In this document: piece by piece, positions 33,738 to 40,998 of the stretch
Numbering within the stretch: the stretch's first letter is position 1
Layout: each line of letters starts with the position of its first letter
Assembly (NCBI RefSeq): GCF_004010195.1
Contig: NC_057751.1
Span: forward strand, 11,828,402-11,869,399
Source of the DNA: Chiloscyllium plagiosum
Lineage: Eukaryota
Reading direction: 5' to 3'
DNA length: 40,998 bases
The notes under the pieces: generated by a model
Database searches by the model: none
The model's input: the letters and a program-made list of their open reading frames with translations, nothing else
Told to the model about the DNA's origin: nothing
Program-made: the position numbers and the translations under genes

Positions 33738-34690
33738 TCATAGTTTAACATGTGTAGTTGGGAAAATGCTTGAGTCTATTATCAAGGAAGAAATAGCAAG
33801 GCATCTGGTTAGAAATTGTCCCGTTGGGTAGACTCAGCCTGCCCTTCATGAATCTACACTATGTTTAACTAACCTAATGGAATTCTTTCGAGACACTGTA
33901 AGTACGGTGGACAAAGGGGACCCAGTAGATATGGTGTATGGATTTCCAAAAAGCATTCGGTAAGGTGCCGCAGAAAAGGCTGCTGTGTTATGGGCTATGT
34001 ATTAGCATGGATAGAGGATGGGTTAACAAGAAGCAAGAGTGGGGATAAATGAGTGTTTTTCTGGTTGGCAATAAGTGATTTGGAGTTGGGGATCTGTGTG
34101 TGAGAGTTTGTGGATGACACTAAGATGAGTGGTAGAGCTGTGTGCAGAGCACTGTGAAGCTTTGCAAAGGACATAGTTTAACTGAGTGGGCAAAGGTCTG
34201 GCAGATGGAGTACAATGTTAATAAATGTATTCTATTTCGGTTGGAATCAAAGTAAAATGGACTGTTGGAATGGTTTAAAAAATTCCAGAACATTGCAACA
34301 CAGAGGGATCTAGGTGTCCTTGTGCAGGAATCTCACAAGGTTGGTCAGCAGATGCAACAGGTAATTAAGAAGTTAAATGGAATTGTCCTTCATTGCTCAA
34401 GAGTTTGAGTTTAAAAGCAGGGAGGTTATGTTGCAATTGTATAGGGTGTTGGTGAGGCCACACTTGGAGTATTGGATTAGTGCATTAGTCATGGGTAAAT
34501 ACAGGGTAGGGGGAATGGATCTGGGTGGGTTACTCTTCGGAGGGTCGGTGTGGACTTGTTTGGCTGAAGGGCTTGTTTCGATACTGTAGGGAATCGAATC
34601 GAATCTAATCTCATCTTATTGAATGATGGAGCTGGACTGAAGGGCCAGATGGCCTACTCCTACTCCTGCTCCTAGTTCTTACGTTCTTAT
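33738..34690 (+). mobile_element. Decayed CR1 RT to 3' end, with an HE1 3' fragment at about 34474-34612
   Basis: SLTCVVGKMLESIIK, CLTNLMEF, DFQKAF, FVDDTK, LYRVLVRPHLEY motifs. Confidence 0.88.
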
Positions 34691-35877
34691 TGTTTAAAAA
34701 AGTAAAGGTTCAAGAAAGAGTTTATCACAGTTTAGTTTATGGCTTCTGGGCTCGGAAAGTCAATTGAGGAAGCAGCTGGGATGAAACGGCCATGCCAAGC
34801 CAAGACCACCACTCTGCATGATACCACCTGTTGGGCCACTTTAATCTGTGGAGAAGATCTCCATGCCATGACAAGACCGCCTTCCTTCTTCTTCTTATTC
34901 TAGCACCTGTGTCCAACTGTGGCCCTGGATCCTCAGCCTAGCCTACGTGTCTGGGCTGAGGGAGTCAGCCTAGGGTCTGTTTCTGGTGAGACCCCTAGGC
35001 TGGGTGGAACATGGCTAGCTTGTCTTGGCATTGCTGCCGCTGGAGGCCGCCTCCTTCACCCACCACCTCCCATCATATGTCGACTTGGCTAAAATAAAAA
35101 ACAACGAAGAAAAGAGCAAAAGCAAAAAGAAGGAAATGAGCACACCTGTGGATTTTGTTTGTCCTCGAATAGAGATGAAGACATTTTGTCATTTTACTAA
35201 AAACAAAATTGGTTGTTCTTATTTATGTTTTGGTTGTGATTTGTACATTAAAACAGAGGTGACTGATTTTACATTATATATTCAAAGCAGGTGCTGAATG
35301 GCCCAGTCCTACCATTCATATGCTGTTGAGTAGCTAGCTGAATAGTATTTTACTGAATAGTATGATAACTTAACGCAGTGACATTGTTGAGCCCATTTAA
35401 CAAACTTTTTATTTGAATTTCATGTCCTAATTATTTCACTATGAATCAGAATGATCTCTTGGTGGGTTAGAATATGAGAGAAGTGTAAAAACCTATGAGT
35501 ACTGTGCGTTATTGGCATTTTTGACTTGTCACACCCCACTTCAAATGAGCAAGTGCAACCAGAGGGTTTACCTGGGGTTGCTTGTGGTCTGCGGTTTTCA
35601 GCACTACATGCTGATTTAAAAAAAAATGAAGATGCTAGCGAAGAGGAAATGAAGGGGTAATCCCAGAGGAGGTGTGTTTTAATCAGAAAGTTAATTTGCT
35701 TTGGCAAAATACAAACCTTCCCATCCAAAATGTTTTGAAGAGCTTTTAACTTGGTATTTCCATTAATTGGCAAAGCCAGAGGAAAAGTTAATGAGAGCAG
35801 GAAGTGTCTTAATTTATAATCTTAAATGTCCTACCCTCAGCTGAACACAACTTGGGTGGTTTCCTTTTAGCTCCTAG

Positions 35878-35928
35878 GTTTCACGAGGTCAATTGAAATC
35901 ATCACCACCTCAACAGTCAGCGAATACG
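35878..35928 (+). CDS. Candidate 51-nt phase 1-1 coding exon of the 27678 gene
   Basis: TTTCCTTTTAGCTCCTAG|GT...TACG|GTATGT; in frame gives (G)FTRSIEIITTSTVSEY; three CpGs in 51 nt. It requires skipping an AG 7 nt upstream. Confidence 0.3.
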
Positions 35929-36427
35929 GTATGTAGAAATTTCGACTTGTCAGCTCCCAATGTCACAATCAGTTTCAAAAAACAAGCACTGACTGTACGA
36001 GATCACATTCACTGGTGAAATCCAAGCACTTTCCATTAGTTACTCTTGGACTTTGCAAAAGTATGGCTTAATTTTGTACATGTGTATTAGAACAAGGCAT
36101 TGATAGTACAAGGTGCGATCAGTGTTGGGTTCAGAGGGCAGTGTCCATGTAATATACACAAGTAATGAGAGAACATGAATTGGCATTTGGAGCAGGCTTC
36201 AAGCTAAAAGTTCAGTCTACTTGCATAGGGAGAGCAAAATACTTAAATGAAGGTCATTTTTACGGCTCACACAAAGCTCCTTAAGGGTAAATCTTGGTAG
36301 TTGTGTCGTTTGGTAGACCTCTGTTTGGAAATTAAGCTACATTGATCTAGCTGTTGAACATGCTGCTGAAAAATAAATGCATATCTCGTTATCAATTTAA
36401 TCTAATTCCATCTGAGTTTGTGGAGGT

Positions 36428-38465
36428 AAAACAAAGATGCTGGAAATTTAAAGCTAAACTAGAAATTGCTTGAGAAATTCAGGTCTGGCAGCATCTGGGG
36501 AGAGAAATCAGAGTTAACGTTTTAGGTCCAGTGACCCTTCAGATCTGGTAGCTTGACAAAAGTGGTATTTTTGCTGAATGCAAGTGTTGTTAGGGGGACA
36601 GAGGATTGATAGGGTAGGTGGAGATGGAGCCCGGAGAGCGAGAATGACAGTTAGGAAAGACAAGATATGGACAATAGTAAACTCACGAGAAAGAAAAGCT
36701 GATAATGAGGGTGATGGAAGAAGTTCAGATTGGATGAATTTCAATAATTTTATGGAGTCCTGAAGGCTGCAGTGTTCCCAAGGACAAAATGAGCTGCTGT
36801 TCTTCCTGCTTGTGTTGCACCTGGCTGGAGCATTGCAGCACTCCCAAGACAGAAATTTAAAAAAAATGGAAGAACTGCAGATGCTGTAAATTGGGAACAG
36901 AAACAGACGTTGCTGGAAAAGCTCAGCAGGTCTGGGAGCATCTGTGAAGAGAAATCAGAGTTAACGTTTTGGGTCTGATGACCCTTTCTCAGAACTGTAT
37001 TAACTCTGATTTCTCTTCAGATGCTGCCAGACTTCTGGGCTTTTTCAGAAACTTCTGTTTTTGTTCCCAAGACAGAAATGGTGGCCAGAGAACATGATGC
37101 TGTGTGGAAGTGGCCAGCACCTGGAAGCTCGGGGTCGATTTTGCTGACTATAAGTGCTCCGTAACGTGGTCATCCAGTCTGTGCTTTGTCTCCTCTACGT
37201 AGATCAGACCATGTTGAGAGCAGCACATACAGTAGATTCAATTGAATAAAGTGCAGGCAAATCACTGCTTTACTTGGTAGCGTTGTCTGGAGCCTTTCAA
37301 AAGGAGGAGGAAGGAAATAAACGGGGAGGTGTTATATCTTCTGCGGTTGCATGGGAATGTGCCATAAGCGTGTGGGGAAGAGTTATGAGTGGAGGAGGAT
37401 GGGCTATGATATCCTGGAGAGAACAATCCCCACATAATACTGACAACAGAGGGGAGGGAAATGCATTTTGTGGTGGCATCTCCCTGGTGGTGACGGAAAT
37501 GGTGGCTTTAGAACCTTTTGGACATGAATGCTAGTGGAATGGAAAGTGAGAGCCAGGGGGTACCTGATTGGTGTTGTGGGAGAGAATAGAACGAATAAGA
37601 GCACAAGCGCAGGAAATGGGTCGATATGGCTAAGGGCCCTGTCAACCATGATGGTGGAGAATCTTCGGCTAAGGCAAACAGTGGACGTGTCAGGACATCT
37701 GCGGAAGATGGCGTCATTGTAACAGACACGATGAAGAAGAAAAAACCTGGGAAAATAGAATGGAATCTTTACAGGAAGCAGAGCGTGAGAATGTCTTGAC
37801 CAGGTAAGTGTGGGAGTCAGTGGGTTTGGAGTGGATATTGGTGGCCAGCCTATCCTCCAGATGTGGAGAATAGGAAAGGGAGGCAGGAGTCAGATGTACC
37901 AGGTGAATGTGAGACTGGGTGAACACTTTACAGAATGCCTATGTTCTGTCTGCAAAAATAACCAAGTTTCTAATCGACTGCCACTTCAACATATCAGTGT
38001 GTTCCCTGGCTAACATTTCTGTCGAGGGCCTGCTGCAGTGCTCCGGTGAGGCTCAGAGCAAGCTGGAGCATCAGGGACTAATTTTCTGCTTGGGACGCTG
38101 CAGTTTTCATGGCTCAATACTGTGTTCAGTAATTTCATAACCTGCACACCTTCCACCATGTCCTTTACCCACACCACATCCCATGCCTGTTTATCACACT
38201 GGCTGATTTCAGCACAGCCAACGCATTGTGAACTTTATCATTCTCATTATCAGCTTTTCTCCTTCCTTAGCTTACTGTCAGCCATCCCCTTATGTGCCAC
38301 ACTGCCTTTCCAGACTCCATCCCAATGTATCCTGTCCCTCTCCCTGTCCTCTCCCGCAACCCCCCAAACACACACACATACACACCCCAGTCTTCAGCAT
38401 AATTACCAACTTTTTCCTAACTACTATCAGTTCTCAGGAAGTGTCATTTGACTTGAAACTAGAGT
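36428..38465. mobile_element. Older Neptune-like PLE (family C), inverted structure with RT-thumb and GIY-YIG remnants
   Basis: Minus strand LATNIHSKPTDSHTYL..SCKDSILFSQ; the plus arm from about 37910 has HFN..LLQCSGEAQSKLEHQGLIFCLG; degenerate HHR cores near both ends. Confidence 0.78.
36857..37064. mobile_element. 208-bp fold-back PLE (family C) nested in a related PLE
   Basis: TSD TCCCAAGACAGAAAT at 36842-36856 and 37065-37079; inverted arms. Confidence 0.87.
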
Positions 38466-40269
38466 CACTGCTACAGCTTTACAGTCTACAATTTTTCTAA
38501 TTTTATTATCTTCTCTGATGTCATTCTTGGAATGATTGTAAACACATGGACTCTACTAACATGCCTCACAAGGATTGTTAACTCAGTTTCTACATGCTGC
38601 CATTCTGCTGGGCAGTAGCTTGTTGGCCCAGACTCAGGAATTTTGTCTCTTGTGCTACATAGTTGCATGAGAGGGATGCTCAGAAAGGCAGGTTGCATTA
38701 TAGTGAGGATCTGAAGATAATATGAGAAAAATCTGTCGGCCATAATAGATCAGCCACCGTGAAGCTCCCTGAAAATTACACAGCCTCAAAATGACAAAAT
38801 CTAGTCTTATGTAATTATGTATTTAAAATGTGATGCAACTGGTTCTGTACCTCAGTACCCAACTTGGTTTTGAGAGAATGTGGTACTTGTTGAACTCTTT
38901 GTGGCTACAATGCAGCTTTGCAAGATTACTGGTTTTGTATTGAAAATGACCCATTTCACCATGCAAACCAAAAAACCAAGTCTCTGGTTTAATGGCTAAA
39001 TTTGAAGCCTCAAAGATGCTTTCATGTCAGTGGCAACAGCTGAGGCTAGCGACAGTGTACAAGCCGAAGTAATTGCAACTTTCTGCTGTAGTGTTATCTG
39101 AGAACGAGAACAGGATCTTTCAACAAATGAAGAATACAGCACCAGGCTGTGTGGTTGATGCGCTGATTCAAGAAATGCTGTGTTTGAAACTGAATGGTAT
39201 GTGGCTGTTTAGATTCTGAGTCTGGTTTTGTGTCTGCACTGCCTGTTTCAGGAGCAGCAATGGAACTTGAACAACAAGATCATGAATGACGACTTCCATT
39301 CAGAATGTCAGTGGAGTGAAACAACAGGATATTTATCAGGAAAAACTGTAAAGGTGCTATTGTTGCTGCTATAATAATTGTGACATTAATGTCGTGTCTG
39401 CAACCTTCCAAGATATTTTACAAAAGCACTAAAAAACAGATTTGACACTGAACCACATATGACTTTTCTTATAGATGACATGCTAGGTTTTCAAGAGTAT
39501 TGAAAAGTTTGAGACATTGGAGAGAGGTTTAGGGAGGGGTTTCCAGATCTCAGAACTGTCATGATCTCTGTTCTTGATAGGAAAACATGTTTTTTGAAAC
39601 TTGATGTTATATTTGCCAAAGATTTTGACAGAAGCACCCCAATTTTAATGGCCGTGCCATGTCTTTTGCCTGAGAAGCAGTGCACAGTCATTCAGTTAAC
39701 TGGTTATTTTGGTTCAGGCTTTTCCTACAGGGTTGTGACAATCCTGAACTCAAATATTTCCCTTAACTTCTTGCAGAAGTGGATGCGTCAGGTTTGTAGC
39801 CAGTTGAAAAATTTCCAGGCTTTTGCTAATTTTAGTTTATGATGTACTGTAAATCAGCGAAGACTCCACACCTTCAAGAAAGGAGGCAGGTAGAAAATAT
39901 TGTCATTTCAGGTGTTATCTTTGTTTAGGTATCTCAACTTGTTTGGAGATCCATCAACATCCAAAAATAATACGTGAGGTCACTGTTTTAAATAAAGCTA
40001 GTTCTTCTCCAAATAATGGAAGCTTTATGGGAAACCTTCTACATCCAGGAAAAATCAACTGAAACTGGTTGAAGACTCAGACAGGATCTCACAGCCCTCT
40101 GTTGGGCCAACATGCTGCTATTGAGCAATCTAAGCAACTGTGACATCTAAGAGTAAATCTCTGGCACCAGATTTGTCAGCTGACTTTGGCTATAACCAGT
40201 TATGATTTGCTGGAAACTGTTGACTTGCAAACTGAAAACTGCCTACAGACAGAAGCCTTCAGGCATTGT

Positions 40270-40375
40270 TCCTGTTCCATTGTGCCAGTTGACAGACTGT
40301 ATGGTCTCCATTCCAGTATGTCAGTTCGTAGATTGTCTGGTCTCCATTTCCTGTGTGCCAGTCAGCAGATTGCAT
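40270..40375. repeat. Diverged 36-bp minisatellite, about 3 copies
   Basis: GGTCTCCATT at 40303 and 40339; TGTGCCAGT / TATGTCAGT / TGTGCCAGT recur. Confidence 0.6.
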
Positions 40376-40697
40376 GCACAATGTTTCTCTTTACTTTGTA
40401 TCAGATTCAGTAGTTTCTCTGCCCTTGTGCTGGTTAACAGATTTGGTCAAGGACAGTTGAGTGCCAGTTATCTGATTGTTTTCAGACTGGTGGAATGCCC
40501 CCTAAACTTTCTACTGCCAGAAGGGAAAGTTTGGTGACAGTGAGATGCAGGAGACAGTTCTGGAGTGAGGGTCGTGACAATGGTAATATATGCACAGGAT
40601 CCCCTGGAGTTGAGGCTGATGTTTTGTCCTCACTTTGCAGCTTAACTTTGCAGAGGCGACATTATTTGATATCCCTGACTGGTATTCATTGAACAGA

Positions 40698-40998
40698 GGA
40701 GAAAGTGAGGTCTGCAGATGCTGGAGATCAGAGCTGAAAATGTGTTGCTGGAAAAGCGCAGCAGGTCAGGCAGCATCCAAGGAACAGGAGAATCGACGTT
40801 TCTGGCATAAGCCCTTCTTCAGGAATGAGGAAAGTTTGTCCAGCAGGCTAAGATAAAAGGTAGGGAGGAGGGACTTGGGGGAGGGGCGTCGGAAATGTGA
40901 TAGGTGGAAAGAGGTCAAGGTGAGGGTGATAGGTCAGACGGGGGTGGGGGCGGAGAGGTCGGGAAGAAGATTGCAGGTTAGGAAGGCGGTGCTGAGTT
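40698..40998 (-). mobile_element. Young PLE family A terminal repeat, continuing past the window end
   Basis: Nearly identical to 8856-8960; minus-strand HHR core CTGAAGA-AGGGC-TTAT-GCCA-GAAAC-GTC at 40822-40795. Confidence 0.92.

Noticed and set aside
39252..39353. Possible downstream coding exon
   Set aside because: Weak donor (GTGCTA); open only in phase 0 and hits a stop in the phase-1 frame required by the upstream exon.

Overview
Eukaryotic, repeat-rich vertebrate DNA, almost certainly from a cartilaginous fish: HE1-type SINEs, CR1/HER1-type LINEs and shark-type Penelope-like elements (PLEs) point to a shark, but the species is inferred, not determined. Most of the window is decayed mobile DNA: a near full-length L1-clade LINE (14.4-21.7 kb, minus) interrupted by a Poseidon-like PLE, a Gypsy LTR remnant, many CR1, L2-like and Rex/Babar-like fragments, tRNA-derived SINEs and many fold-back PLE insertions with 13-22 bp target-site duplications (TSDs). 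The terminal repeats of four distinct PLE families carry minimal hammerhead-ribozyme (HHR) cores whose stem II differs between families but stays paired. Host features are a CpG-rich 5' end of a plus-strand gene (non-coding exon, then a signal-peptide exon at 27678-27759, identity unknown) and a CpG-rich 115-bp tandem repeat with three hairpins per unit at the window start. Most ORFs in the supplied track are spurious or TE fragments. Repeat boundaries are by eye and approximate unless a TSD is quoted.
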